Shown here piece by piece: positions 1-13,741 of a stretch of DNA of 64,000 nucleotides (positions are counted from its first letter, which is position 1; each line of letters starts with the position of its first letter). Under the pieces are notes generated by a model. The model was given only the letters and a program-made list of their open reading frames with translations, was not told the origin of the DNA and made no database searches. The stretch spans positions 13,950,001-14,014,000 of the forward strand of contig NC_043003.1 in NCBI RefSeq assembly GCF_006345805.1. Reading direction: 5' to 3'. Position numbers and translations under genes: made by a program. Source of the stretch: Octopus sinensis (taxonomy: Eukaryota).

Positions 1-429
1 ATCATATTCATTATATATATATATATTATTTCTGGTATAAATTGATATTACTAAGAAATATCACCAGTCCTTGGTACATTGGGGGGGGGGGACTGCCGGT
101 TCGCCACATCAGACTATTTGAGAAGCACTGACCAAGCACAATAGCAGTGGCCAGTGGTCAAGAAAAACTACATTGAGAAACAATATTAGAGATGATGAGA
201 AAGTGTCCACAGATCTCCTCTTTGGTTTTATGCTTCACAATATGAGATGTTTGGAACTTTCACAGCTGTCCACATTGGGCAACGAGACTTCTGGAGATGT
301 TAACAGAAACAGAATGATTCCCCATTCAAGGAGAGATATATCTCTCATCTGCTTAATAACATGAAACGAAAGTTAAACCCAACCCTTAGAGGGTCTAGAG
401 AGGTTTTGAGGAAAGACACACACACACAC

Positions 430-472
<43 letters not shown>

Positions 473-535
473 TAGTTGTGAAATTCTTAGGTTCGCAATG
501 TCAGACTAAAAAAGACTAACATTGATGGTGGTGTT

Positions 536-915
536 TGTTTGTTGAGCGAAGCGGTCTTCGTCCCAGAGCTCGCATGATCGCGCCTCTGTAGTGGGAGAAG
601 TCCGAAACGTGATCCTTTGCTATTCGTAAGAGCTGCAGAAGAGAAAGCAGGTCAACCCCCAACACTGAGAGCATCGACGGATGGATGAATGCGCATCCAT
701 GCTCAGTGGTTGCGTAGGAAGTCGGGGATAAGAAATAGGAAGAAAGAGTGAGAGAAAGAGTACAACAGGGGTCGCCACCAACCCCTGTCGGAGCTTCGTG
801 GAGCTTTAGGTATTTTCGCTCAATAAACACACACAACGCCCGGTCTGGGAATCGAAACCGCGATCCTCCGACCGCGAGTCCGCTGCCCTAACCACTGGGC
901 CATTGCGCCTCCTTC
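536..915 (-). mobile_element. tRNA-derived SINE, family D, full length
   Basis: Minus-strand head GGAGGCGCAATGGCCCAGTGGTTAGGGCAGCGGACTCGCGG...GGTTTCGATTCCC has A/B-box-like motifs; (AAAC)n tail; 11-bp TSD ATGGTGGTGTT at 525-535 and 916-926; homologous copy at 17736. Confidence 0.85.
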
Positions 916-1674
916 ATGGTGGTGTTGGGAGAGACTTAAAATAGTTTTCATTCAGACAGAGCAAGCTATGTCTTGTTATAATAAACTTAGAGAAGAGGGT
1001 AAATATAGGCGATCGGTTGCCACTTGCCAAGTCAGCAAAAAGCTTTCGTTCTTTTAAGGGAAAATATGTGAGACTAAGGAAAGTGTTAGTCGTTTGTTAG
1101 TCAGGTGAAATGGTAAGAAGAAAACGAGAAAGCATAACTGGTTGCGAAGTTTTATTTGCTAGGACTTTGGTTTTCTATTCAAGCGATTAAGAAAAGAAAA
1201 TTAAAACTGATAAAAGGTGTAGTTTGATAATAGAACTGAAAGGAGACTTAAAGATAGTTGAAACATGAAAGAAATTTCAGGAAGTAAAAACGAGAGAAAA
1301 GAGAGAGATGTAAAGCAAATCTTATTAAGGGAAATTCAGAAAATGAATTATCTATTGTCACTAATTATGACCAATGACAGCAACAACAAAAACGAACAAG
1401 GAAAACAATGACCTTCGTTAGCTTCATCAAAAGATAAACAGTATCAAGTTAGTTTGGTTACTTCCTGTAAAGTGGGGGGACTGTTTTGGGCAGCTTAATC
1501 AGATATTGTTACCAGTAACCTACTTTAAGCAAACCAAATAGTTTATAGCCACGGCCCAAGCTAGAGAAACTCTCTTATAAGTTGCATAGTGGCAGTTTGT
1601 GTACTAGATGTGTAGGAAAGAAAGAAAGAGAATAAGAAGAAGCAACGCCCATCAACACTAGACAAGCACTAGAT

Positions 1675-1747
1675 TCTCTCTCTCTTTCTTTCTTTCTTTC
1701 TCTCTCTCTCTTTCTTTCTTTCTTTCTCTCTCTTTCTTTCTTTCTCT
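1675..1747. repeat. (CT)n/(CTTT)n compound microsatellite
   Basis: Directly visible. Confidence 0.9.
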
Positions 1748-2139
1748 GCCACTTAAAATGTTAAAATGAATAAACAACGAATACTTCTCATAACTAATGA
1801 TCTGTTGTAAACAACTGTATAAAGTAGAGATCCAACTTTTTTTATTTTTTTATCGTTTCACTTACCCGTCCCTACCCTGAAGACAATCGGGCCCCGGCTG
1901 GCCGGCCCGACTCCCCCCACCCCCACCCACCCCACCTGCAAAAACCCCCCGATACATGAATAAATAAATGAAATAAATAAATAGATAGATAGATAGATAA
2001 ATCGCCATAGAAATAGCATCAAAAATTTACAACGATCACTTCTTAAATATCACACAAAACATATTTTGTTAGTAGTAATAGTTACTAAGACATCTTTAAA
2101 ATCAAAAAGTTACATTCACAAAACAAGCAAGCACACACA

Positions 2140-2322
2140 TTAATATATACATACATATATATATATAATATATATATAATATAAATATATATATATCATA
2201 TATAAATATATATAAATATAAACATATATATATATAAATATATATATATAGCCCCGGGCCGACCAATGCCTTGTGAGTGGATTTGGTAGACGGAAACTAA
2301 AAAGAAGCCCGTCGTATATATG

Positions 2323-2357
<35 letters not shown>

Positions 2358-2551
2358 CTGTGTTTGTCCCCCTAGCATTGCTTGGCAACAGATGCTGGTG
2401 TGTTTATGTCCCCGTTACTTAGCGGTTCGGCAAAAGATCCGATACGGGGCTTACAAAAGAATAAGTCCCGGGGTCGAGTTGCTCGATTAAAGGCGGTGCT
2501 CCAGCATGGCCGCAGTCAAAATGACTGAAACGAGTAAAAGAGAGATAAAAG
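2140..2551 (+). mobile_element. (TA)-rich tract followed by 5'-truncated family A SINE
   Basis: Matches family A body (GGATTTGGTAGACGGAAAC...CAGTCAAATGACTGAAAC) from ~2247. Confidence 0.8.
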
Positions 2552-3857
2552 ATATATATATATATATATATATAGTATAATACTAATCAATGAAAAGGAG
2601 CAGTAGGGAAATGATTCGAAGTGGTAATAATAGTCGTTATGGTGGTGTTGTGGTAATAATAAGCAGAGCAAGAAGAAAGAGAAAGCGTTTTCGCATGCTT
2701 CTAAATAAACACTATAAATTAGATTTGGAGAAAAATATTAGTGACTCAGGCTGAAATGACATCACAATAAATGGATTACCTTACTGTGTATAGCGCCAGT
2801 ATTCCGCAGAACTACGAAAAAATACACTGACGCTGTTTGCAAGGCTTTAATACACACATCAGCTAAGCCGTACACCGGCAGGTCAAACCATGTAATGATA
2901 GAGATAGCAAGATAGATAATAGATAGCTAGATAGATTGATAGGTAGATAGATAGATAGATATAGTGTGTAGATAGAGACATAGGTGCGAGGCAGGTAATT
3001 GAGTTGTCGGTTGGAGATATATAGGAGAGGCAAATATAACGCTCACAAACAATATATATATATGTATGTATGTATGTAATATATACACACATACAGGCAC
3101 GTACACAGATAATAATATGTAGGTGAGGCAAGTCTATTGTGAGCGTTGAATATGCGAATGAGACAGAGAGGTGATTCATACTGGAATGACAGCAATTATG
3201 AAGAATCAACTAACTCCGCACACAAAACTATAAATGATTTTGTATTCACTCAGTCACTACGAGAAAAGAAAGAGAGAGGGATCAGCCGAGTATGGTCACC
3301 GAAGAAGATTCCGAAGCGGGGAAGAAGGAGGGGAAAAAAAAAAGACGAGGGAAAAATGTATGATTTAAAGTTGGTTTTGATTACGAGTTTTCCCTACGTT
3401 TTGTCAAAAACATCAAACACACTTTCTTCTGTAGAAAACGAGAGGCAAGGGTATTTGAAACTATCTTTGTCAACAGATTATAACAAACGGGCTTTAGAAA
3501 TTGGTTGCGAAGACTGGAAGTAAACGAAGATAAGGTTTAAAGCGAAGCTGCACTGCAAGTCTCTCAACGTCGGTGCTTGTTTCGGAAAAACAACCCATGC
3601 GTGTCAAACAAGTTCAAGATCTGTGGATCAGAATCGGTACGGCATCAAATAAAATGCTTGTGTAGTTTTTGGCTTAAACCCCCTTTTGCAGTTTGCGTTC
3701 AAAAATTTGTTAGCTCAACTTCACCTTTCATTCTTCCATGGTTGATAAAATCCAGTCAAGTACCGGAGTCAGTGGAATTCACTGTCAGTCTTCTCCAGTG
3801 CTTATGTTAGAAATCGTCATCATCATCAGTAGTAGCAGTAGTAGTAGTAGTAGTAGT

Positions 3858-4104
3858 AAGTGGTTGAGAGCTGGCAGAAACCTTAGCACATTGGAAAACA
3901 AATGCTTAATGGCGTTTAATTTGTCTTTAAGTTCTGAGTTCAAATTCCACTGAGGTTGACTTTGGCTTTTTTCTTTCTTTCTTTTTTTTTTGTACCAGTT
4001 GAGTGGTGGGACCAATGAAATAAGTACCAGTGGAGCACTGGGGTCAATGTTATTGACTAATCCCCTCCACCAAAATTTCAGGCCTTGTGCCTATAGTAGA
4101 AAGG

Positions 4105-4161
<57 letters not shown>

Positions 4162-4338
4162 GAGCTGGCAGAACTGTTAGCATGCTGAGCAAAGTACTCG
4201 GCAGTATTTCATCTGTCTTTATGTTTTGAGTTCAAATTCCACCATAGTCGACTTTGCCTTCCATCCTTCCGGGGTCGATAAAATAAGTTCCAGTGGAGAA
4301 CTGAAATTGCTGGCCTTATACCAAAATTTGAAACCACT

Positions 4339-4372
<34 letters not shown>

Positions 4373-4378
4373 TCGTCG

Positions 4379-4409
<31 letters not shown>

Positions 4410-4535
4410 TATTATTATTATTATTAAGGTGGCAAGCTGGCAGAATTGTTAGCATGCTGGACGAAATACTTAGCGGTATTTTGTATGTCTTCACATTCTG
4501 AGTTCAAATGCCACCAGGGTCGACTTTGCCTTTCA
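3858..4535 (+). mobile_element. Cluster of three family B tRNA-derived SINEs separated by (TTA)n/(TCG)n/(TCA)n tracts
   Basis: Repeated GAGCTGGCAGAA..TTAGCA head, B-box-like GAGTTCAAATTCC, GACTTTGCCTTTCATCC core (resembles a MetaSINE-type central domain, from memory). Confidence 0.75.
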
Positions 4536-4549
4536 TTATTATTATTATT

Positions 4550-4682
4550 ATATGTTTGACTTTTGCTTTGTATTTGTACAAGTTGGCTCCGAGTTTCACC
4601 CAGAGACCTCAAGAGACAACAGGTTGGAAGTTCATGTTGGTGTTATGCCTAGGGTGTCATATATTTGGTTTTTGCAAATATC
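4550..4682 (-). mobile_element. Probable 3' UTR fragment of an R4/Dong-like non-LTR retrotransposon
   Basis: Embedded between (TTA)n and (TAA)n arrays; minus strand GAGGTCTCTGGGTGAAACTCGG then A-rich end running into (TAA)n; Dong-clade elements target TAA repeats. Confidence 0.4.
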
Positions 4683-4756
<74 letters not shown>

Positions 4757-5189
4757 GATTTCATTGCTATGAATATACTGAGTCCTTTAGACACTTTTAA
4801 GCATAAGATGTAAAAATAATACAGATAAGTTTTGAGATGAATTGAGAAATGTGTTTATAAATGAGATGAATTTTGTTACACTCGAGCAAAACTTTATTTG
4901 TGAACTGATGATTGCTTTCAATATGGATTAACTGTAAACATTTAGCTTTCTTTTTTTACATTTTTCTTCTTTTTTCCCCCATTTTCTGGCATCGTCGGTT
5001 ATAGGTTTCCAATGAGACAATCACTGGGTCATTGCATTTCCAATAGCAAATGTGGTGAAGGTTGAGGGAGTAGCTGTGGAATTTGAGTGAAATACCTCAA
5101 AATATTTCTTTGCTTGTCTGTTTTTAATTCATCATCATCATCACTTAACATCCATCTTCCATACTGGCTTATATATATATATACACACC

Positions 5190-5483
5190 CCCGTTTTGTG
5201 TCCGTTGCCAGCCTCGCCTGGCCCTCGTGCCGGTGGCACATAAAAAGCACCATCCGTTCGTGGCCGTTTGCCAGCTCTGTCTGGCACCAGTGCGGGTGGC
5301 ACGTAAAAAGCACCCACTACACTCACGGAGTGGTTGGCGTTAGGAAGGGCATCCAGCCGTAGAAACACTGCCAGATTTGACTGGGCCTGATGAAGCCTTC
5401 TGGCTTCACAGACCCCAGTAGAACCGTCCAACCCATGCTAGCATGGAAAACGGACGCTAAACGATGATGATGATGATGATGAT
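5190..5483 (+). mobile_element. Family C non-autonomous retroelement (RTE-related/Ceph-like domain) with (TGA)n tail
   Basis: GTTGGCGTTAGGAAGGGCATCCAGCCGTAGAAAC motif, CCATGCTAGCATGG palindrome, (TGA)n tail; about 10 copies in window. Confidence 0.75.
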
Positions 5484-5496
5484 ACACACACATACA

Positions 5497-5830
5497 CTCT
5501 CTTTTACTCTTTTACTTGTTTCAGTCATTTGACTGCACCCATGCTGGAGCACCGCCTTTAGACCAGCAAATCGACCCTAAGACTTATTTTTTGTAAGCCT
5601 AGTACTTATTCTATCAGTCTCTTTTGCTGAACCGCTAAGTTACGGGGACGTAAACACACCAGCATTGGTTGTCAAGCAATGTCAGGGGGGGGGACAAACA
5701 CAGACACACAAACATATACACACACATACATATATATACATATATACGACGGGTTTCTTTCAGTTTCCATCTACCAAATCCACTCACACGGCTTTGGTTG
5801 GCCTGGGGCTATTGTAGAAGACACTTGCCC
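5497..5830 (-). mobile_element. Family A SINE, 5' truncated
   Basis: Homology to full copy at 46977-47386. Confidence 0.85.
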
Positions 5831-6899
5831 ACACACATATACATACACTATGACCACCACCCCAACTCCTGCCAACTCAAAATTGCTGGCCTTGTGCCAA
5901 AATTTGAAATTAATATTTATAATGATGATGATGATGATGATGATGTGGGTGATGATGGCTGCTGCCACCACCACTACAACTGCTGCTGCCACTGCCATTT
6001 TGACAATAGCATTATCCTTGCATATTTTTGCCATATCAATGAACTTGTATATTAAAATCTAAGCATGAGCAAGATATTAACAGAATGAAAAGAATCTAGT
6101 TCAAACAGAAGGATATTTAAAGAAATTTAGGTACACGCAGGGTTCGGGCTGCTACCAGCTACATACAGACAAAAGATGAAGAGATGCCATTTGGAGGCAT
6201 TTGGACAGAAATGGTAAATTGGATGATTGAACGGTATTAACTTTTACTTGCTTTTCCTTTTGGCATATTTTAAGCATTTCTTTCATTGTAGTTCTTCAGA
6301 AATAAGGGCGACAGCATCCAAAGCCCTCCTAACAAGCTCCTTTGGAATAGAAATATATAAGCAGAGATGTGGAAGAGGAAGACACTGTGTAGCGGTCGAA
6401 ATGTCATTATAAATGAGCAGTTAAAATTTTAACAAAGACTGGGAAGGCTCTGATAGTGCAAGCACGAAGAAGGAAATAGCTTTGAACATTATGTTCAATT
6501 ATAATATCTATCAATTTGGTTTGTTTAAGTCTGCACACTGACACATTTTCATAGATGAAGCAGGTGTTTTACAGCTGGATTCTTCTCTTAATCATTGTGA
6601 ACCAACTTTGTTGTAACTAAGAAGTCTGTAGCAGCTTGTATATTTGCTTAACAGCTCGATAAATTTATGAACACACTTTAGATAAATAGCTTATTAGTTT
6701 AACCACTTTACTACGGAAAGTAGAATTCACATGTTTCACATCTACTCCTCTCTGTTTTCTTTCATTTGTTACTCTGGAATGGAAAAATGGTGCCCATATT
6801 CTTTTCGAACAGTCTCAGACCTAGCAGGGAGTTTTCGATAATTGATTGGAGTTGATTTTGCGGACTAGCGTACAGAAAGGAAAACGAGTTTAAATGGAA

Positions 6900-7284
6900 C
6901 TAGCAGTATCACCCAGCATTGCTCGGGTTTGTTTCGACCCTTTAGAATTGGAATTTTTGAAAAGTAAAAATTTTGCATTATGTAGCTTGTTATTCTCTTT
7001 AAGTGAACATTTTTCTGGTTCATTTAAAAATGGCAACACAGCAGTCAAAGAATCGTAAAAAATAGGGATTTTCATAGAAAAAAAAAAACCTTTTTAATGT
7101 AAATAATTTTTGGTCTTAACATGGTCCGATTTGAATTTTATCTTCTATGGAATGAAGAGCAAGCCTTCTTCTATCATACTCTCAATTTTGGTCAACTTGT
7201 GCCATAGGGTCTCGGAGGAGATAGTGTTAGTTGAAAGCTACCAAACCTGCCATACACAGACAACTTCAGCTTTATATATATAGA
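6900..7284 (-). mobile_element. Non-autonomous Helitron
   Basis: Reverse-complement homolog of 55123-55517; 5' TC, subterminal hairpin, 3' CTAG, A|T insertion site. Confidence 0.8.
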
Positions 7285-7512
7285 TTGGCAAAGATTCACC
7301 ATGTCACAGAGAGAAGAAGCTATTTTAGAAATGGTACAAGAGAGAGCCAAAGTGCAATCAATGGATACTGTTTGAAAAGTGTAAATAAATGTAGATTTAG
7401 CAGTAAATGAATAAACTTTACTTGAACATTATCTTAAATTATTTCTATAGATGTGTCAGCATCAGTTTTATATTCTTCTTTTATGGCATGGGTTGGACAG
7501 TTTAAAAAAATC

Positions 7513-7840
7513 CATCATCATCATCATCATCATTATCATCGCTTAATGTCCTCCTTCCATGCTGGCAGGGTGTGGAGAGTTTGATGGGAGCTGGCCAGGC
7601 TGCACCATATTTCTGTGTCTGTTTTGACATGGTTTTCACAGCTGGATGCCCTTCCTAGCACCAACCACTCCACAGAGTGGGCGGAGTGCTTTTTACATGG
7701 CACCAACACAACCGAAGTCAGTTTTGGCATGGTTTTTACAGCTGGATGCCCTGACAAAAGCCAACCACTTCACAGTGTAGACTGAATGCTTTTTAAGTAG
7801 CACCAGCACTGGAAGGATCATCAAGTACCTTGCAAGACAA
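7513..7840 (-). mobile_element. Family C element, degenerate
   Basis: (CAT)n, CAGCTGGATGCCCTTCCT core present twice. Confidence 0.7.
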
Positions 7841-7860
7841 AGAATGTTTGGGAGGGGTCT

Positions 7861-8215
7861 CGCTTGACAACGAATACTGGTGTATTTACATCCCCATAAC
7901 TTAGCGGTTCAGCAAAAGGAAACCGATAGAATAAGTACTAGGCTTACAAAGAATAAGTCCTGGGGTTGATTTTCTCAACTAAAGGCAGCGCTCCAGCATG
8001 GCCATAGTCAAATGATTGAAACAAGTAAAAAGAATATACAGGTGCAGGCATGGCTGTGTGGTAAGTAGCTTGCTTCCCAACTACATGGTTCAAGGTTCAG
8101 TACCACTACATGCCACCTTGGGCAAGTGTCTTTTACTATAGCTTTGTACCAACCAAAGCCTTTTGTATAGATCTGGTAGACAGAAACTGAGAGAGGCCCG
8201 TTGTATATACATGTA
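7861..8215 (+). mobile_element. Two adjacent family A SINE halves (3' half, then 5' half)
   Basis: 7861-8035 matches family A 3' part; 8039-8215 matches tRNA head plus CCTTGGGCAAGT core. Confidence 0.8.
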
Positions 8216-8294
8216 TATAAAAAAAGATATCTCAGGATTTGTAATCTCACATGATATTTTAAACTAATGTTAAAATAAAGATTATTCACTTCAT

Positions 8295-8518
8295 TCTTTG
8301 GCATTCAGATTATTCCGTCTAATGCATCGCTTCTTTATTCACATGGTTCTGAATTAATCATACATCATCTTGTAGATTCAAGATTTTGATAACGAGATTG
8401 TTTATTTTTAGAATGGCATTATAGGGTCAGTGTGAGAGGTTGGATCCGTGTAGTTTGAACATTAAAACAGGTAAAATATTCGGGCTGGATACGGCTGGTT
8501 TCAATTTTGAAGGGTTAA
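8295..8518 (-). mobile_element. Family E TTAA MITE (piggyBac-like)
   Basis: Homologous to 63290-63517; ends AAGGGTTAA. Confidence 0.65.
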
Positions 8519-10107
8519 AGGAATTATTGTAGTAGATTACAACCTAACTCTAATGTTACATCGCTATTTCTAAGGAATATATGCCAAAGATAACCCAAAT
8601 ATTTTTTTTGAGAAATGTATGGCTACAAAGATTTATTTAAAAAAAAAAAAAAAGGCGAATAGATACTGGAATGAAAGCAGCTTGGGAAATGTGTATTTTT
8701 AAAGTTGAAACATGTTTTACAGCTAGATGGAAACCATTTCTGACATGAATTAATATAAAATGGGAAATTTTCTGGGATCTACAACTGAGGCAAGTTTGAG
8801 TAATGTTTATTTTTATTTTCTCCCTACTCCCTGCTGGAAAAAAAAAAAAAATAGACACATCACTGCAAAATGCGAGAGTTAGAAGTTGAACATGTTTGCC
8901 ATATATTCTCACACTGTTTATCTTAACTATATAATCACATAAAAAAAAAAAAAAAATTTTTTTCTTAATTTAAGAAAAAAAAAACAAAAACCCGATATTC
9001 TTCAGAATTACTTTCATTTTATCTTATGCAATTTATAAAAATATGGAAGAGCAAAAATGTAACTGGATTTTTGCGGTAGTTGAAAATTAAATTTTGATGT
9101 CTTCGATAAGGAAAGTAACGATGAAATAAACAAACGAAACGTAAATAAATAAATAAAAGTAAATTGGCCTGGAGGTTGAAATAGGAAAATTGAATATGCA
9201 TACACTTTACTGTGGAAGTAAAAGTGTTTATTTTAATTAGGTGCAACAGATATATTTAACTGAAACAGAATCAGGCAAATGACAGCTAACCTGAAGGGTT
9301 GGGGGCAGGTGGTACAAGGGGCTGAGTCATCAGATCTTATTTATGAGAAGAGTAATTAAGGGTGAAGCAGGAACTAACGATGACAACGACCACAACAGTA
9401 ATAGCAACTGCGATGACAACAACACTGTAGGTAAAGATGGTTTGACGGAATTATCAATATTATGTCAAAAACAGATCATGTGATGATGATATTCGACGGT
9501 GATGACTCAAACAAAAGGTCGGAACGGTTCTTCTCTTCGGATCTAAATTTAGAACAGATGAAGAGTCGGATGTGGTTGATAGCAGTTGTGATGATGAAAG
9601 GTAACACACGATGACGCTGATGATGGTGATGGTATTAATAACAACAATAACAACGACAACAACAACAATATTCGGGGGGGGGGGTTATATTGATGTGTAG
9701 GAAGCAATACCTATAGCAACCCACTGCTTCCACAACCGACTCTGCTTGACTAGACCTACGTAACACAGAAATGACCGATCAAACACTTAGAAACATTCGC
9801 AGTTCTTAGCGTTCTGGATGCGTTATCTTTCGGTCTGATCTAGCACCATATGACATCGTCATGCAGCTACATCTAGCGGCGAATGCATTATGGCAGCCGG
9901 AGCATATTCTATCAGTTTGCCATCTTGCCTATGCATATATGATCAAAGACTTCTGGAGGTGGCTGCAGCGAGAAAGATAAAGTCGGAACGAATGAATGGT
10001 ATGATGCAACCTCGGTTCTCGAACCATTTATGTAAACAGTTGCCAACACAGAGCTTAGTGGATCTAATGAAGCAAATGACTAGTGTATGAGCTCTAAACT
10101 GTTACTG

Positions 10108-10313
10108 ATCATCATCATCATCATCATCATCATCATCGTCGTCGTTGTTTAACGTCCGCTTTCCATGCAAGCATGGGTTGGACGATTTTGACTGAGGGCT
10201 GGCGAACCAGATGGCTGAACCAGGCCCCAATCTTGATCTGGCAGAGTTTCTACAGCTGGATGCCCTTCCTAATGCCAACCACTCCGAGAGTGTAGTGGGT
10301 GCTTTTTACGTGC
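10108..10313 (-). mobile_element. Family C element
   Basis: (CAT)n tail plus conserved core. Confidence 0.8.
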
Positions 10314-10494
10314 CTAGATATTCGTGGCAGTTGAGTAATATAATTATAAGGACTTATTAAGGGCAACAGGCCACACATTTGAATTGTAATTCTAAGGTGT
10401 CTCAATTTTGGTAGGTGTTTTACAAAGGTGTATGAGCGTAGGTGTGTCTCAAGCCTGAAGCGAGGATGAAGGTGCCTGAGGTGATCCTTACCTT

Positions 10495-10890
10495 TCGTCT
10501 TTTACTTGTCTGGCATTGGACTGTGGCCATGCTGGGGCACCACCATGAGGAATTTCAGTTGAATGAATCAACCCCAATACTTTTATTTATTATTATTTTT
10601 TTTTTTGAAGCCTGATGCTTCTTCTATTGGTATCTTTTGCCAAACTACGAAGTTATGGGATCATAACAACACTGGTTGCCATGTGGTGGCAGAGGACAAA
10701 CGCAGGCACAAAGACACACACACACACACACATGATGGCTTTCTTTCATTTTCTGTCAACTAAATCCACCCAAAAGGCTATGGTTGACCGAAGGCTACAT
10801 TAGAAGACACTTGCCTAAGGTACCATGTGGTGGGACTGAACCTGGAACTATGTGGTTGGGAAGCAAACTTCTTACCACACAGCCACTCCA
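10495..10890 (-). mobile_element. Family A SINE, diverged
   Basis: Homology to family A over whole length. Confidence 0.75.
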
Positions 10891-10933
10891 GTTATGTTAA
10901 GAGATGATGGCAGCTTCTTCCCTCCTCCTCCTC

Positions 10934-11120
10934 ATCATCATCGTTTAATGTCCGCTTTCCATGCTAGCATGGGTTGGACGATTTTGACTGAAGGCTGGCA
11001 AACCAGATGGCTGCACCAGGCTCCAATCTTGATTTGGCAGAGTTTCTACAGCTGGATGCCCTTCCTAACGCCAACCACTCCAAGAGTGTAGTGGGTGCTT
11101 TTTACGTGCCACCAGCATGG
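10934..11120 (-). mobile_element. Family C element
   Basis: Conserved core, (CAT)n. Confidence 0.8.
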
Positions 11121-11467
11121 AACGTGCCATTTTTTGTACAGCAAAATATCTTCAAAAGTAAACAAGCAACTTGGAAACTTTAGACACTGCAACATATAAA
11201 CTGGTGAAAGTGTGTAGCTGAGTGCTTAGAGCATTTCACTTACAATCAGATGAGAAAAGTAACAGCTTGGAATTGTCTAGACTGAACTTTCTTTTGTACT
11301 TCTGCTTTTCTTTGGATTGTAATATTGGAGCGCTTGGAACCTAACATCTCGATGAATTTTTTATGTATTTTGTATTCCAAAGATAAAGGAACTCAACCTA
11401 TGAAAATCTGTCATCCACTTTGATTTTTGTTATGTGTGTGTGGGTGTGTGTGTAAATAAAAATATGT

Positions 11468-12295
11468 ATGAGTGGCTGTGTGATAAGTAGCTTGCTTATG
11501 AACCACATAGTTCTAGGTTCAGTCCCAATGTGTGGCACCTTGGGCAAGTGTCTTCTACAATAGCCTCGGGCCGACCAAAGCCTTGTGAGTGGATTTGGCA
11601 GATGGAAACTGAAAGAAGCCTGAATATATGTGTGTGTATGTATATATATATATATATATGGTAAATCAGTATCGACCCCAGTGCTCAAGTGGTATGTATC
11701 GACCTTGAAAGGAAGAATGGCAAAGTTGACCTTGGCAGAATTTGAACTCAGTATATAAAAACGGATGAGATGCTGCTAGGCATTTTACCTGAAGTTCAAA
11801 CGATTTTTATTTCTTTACTGCCTACAAGGAGCTACACACAGAGGGGACAAACAAGGACAGACAAATGGATTAAGTCGGTTATATCGATCCCAGTGTGTAA
11901 CTGGTACTTATTTAATCGACCCCGAAAGGATGAAAGGCAAAGTCGACCTCGGCAGAATTTGAACTCAGAACGTAACGGCAGACAAAATACCACAAAGTAT
12001 TTTGCCCAGCATGCTAACGATTCTGCCAGATCGACGCCTTCTAACAATTCTACCAACTCACTGCCTTAATAATGATTTCAAATTTTGGCACAAGGCCAGC
12101 AATTTCAGGGGAGGGGAGTAGGTCGATTACATCGACCCCCAGTGCTCAACTAGTACTTAATTTATCGATCCTGAAACGATGAAAGGCAAAGTTGACCTCA
12201 GTGGAATTTGAACTCAGAACGTAAAGATGGATGAAATACCACTAAGCAATTTGCTCAGCCATGCTAAGAATTCAGCTAGCTCACAGCCTTCACCA
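11468..12295. mobile_element. SINE cluster: family A 5' half (+, 11468-11650) and three family B copies (-, 11660-12295)
   Basis: Homology to other copies in window. Confidence 0.75.
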
Positions 12296-12773
12296 CCTTA
12301 ATAATAATAATAAGAAGAAGAAGAAGAATGATGATAATAATGGCAATGTGATTTCAATTTTATTTTCTAAATGCTCAAAGTTAAGTCACTGTCTTGGCGC
12401 TGTTTCGAAAGAATATCAACCTTCATTAAGACAGATTAACAAATAGGAACCATCAAGAAATGAGGTGTGGGGGAAGAGGAGGAGAAAGAAAGCGAAATGA
12501 TAATACAGAAGAGAAATTCAGAGAGAGATGGGGGGAGTGAGTGTGTGTGTGGGAGGTGACAGTATTACACAAAATTTCAGTATCCGCAAACAGGTATGAT
12601 GTTAATGAGGAGGAAGCACAGATAGTCAGATTGCTTCTTATAAAATGATGAACAACTCAACACCTCTGTAACCCTGGCAACGAACTAATAATAATGAATG
12701 ACAAAACATTTGTGAATTTTATGTATCGAGATTTTTTTTTATTAAACTTTTGTTATTATTATCATTATCGTCA

Positions 12774-12805
<32 letters not shown>

Positions 12806-13469
12806 GTCGGTATTCATAGTTCAGATTATAATTTTGTTTAGGATTAAAAGCACACACATGCATAGACTATAAAAGGGAGTCAAAACGACAGTATACGTAA
12901 AAAAAAAAAACGGGGTTAAAATTAAATTTGCAGGTTAGTAGTTTCTTTGTAGAAGACATTGAAATAAGATAAAAATATTTAAAAAATAATAATAATGAGA
13001 GAGAGAAAGAGAGAGAGTACTAAAAGCAGAGTATCATAATTTTTAAGCTCCAAAAACGATTTTTATTTTATTTTATTTTTTTTATTTTTCATTATTTTTG
13101 TCATTCTCATGGAAAAGAGCTGATATTAGAAAGAAGACAAGTAAAAAAATTCCGCAAGAAACAGTTATACAAGAAAGAAAGTAATGAATCTATAAGACAC
13201 ATCAGAAACCTGTCAACTACCAAAGACATTGTTGTTATTTTCCTTCACAGAAGAAGCAAAAGCAAATAAAATGAGAGAGAGGGGGAGGAGAGCGATTAAG
13301 TGTGAGGGGGGGTTTGTAATGAAAATGAAATAGAAAAAGGAAAAAAAAAAAGAAAGAAAAAGTGAAGAAAAAGACGAGGAGAAATAAGCTTAGTCATGTC
13401 AATAAAGAGATTCCTCAGATATTGAATGAGAAAGAAGATTTAAGTCCTGAGGTGACAGTACTAAGAATG

Positions 13470-13472
13470 AAA

Positions 13473-13511
<39 letters not shown>

Positions 13512-13606
13512 TGAGAGAGAGAGAGAGCATGAGAGAGAGAGAGAGAGAGCATGTGAGAGAGAGAGAGAGAGCATGTGAGAGAGAGAGAGAGCATGTGAGA
13601 GAGACA
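13470..13606. repeat. (GA)n microsatellite with GCATGT interruptions
   Basis: Directly visible. Confidence 0.9.
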
Positions 13607-13706
13607 GAAAGAACTACACTGCTTTCATTTAACACAGCTGCACATACTAGGAACAGTCTTTTGTAAAAACACATTATATCTGTGAGTGTGTGCCAATGTA
13701 TGACTA

Positions 13707-13741
<35 letters not shown>

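Noticed and set aside
3146-3523. 125-aa ORF with basic patch
   Set aside because: Non-ATG start, purine-rich low complexity, no recognisable domain or splice support.
4683-4756. (TAA)n(TTA)n inverted repeat as a functional hairpin
   Set aside because: Explained by abutting opposite-orientation microsatellites or element tails.
6262-6305. Minus-strand CTGAAGA...GAAA motif as a further hammerhead (also CTGAAGA at 1877)
   Set aside because: No credible stem II at ~6290 and no downstream GAAA/stem at 1877; likely chance.
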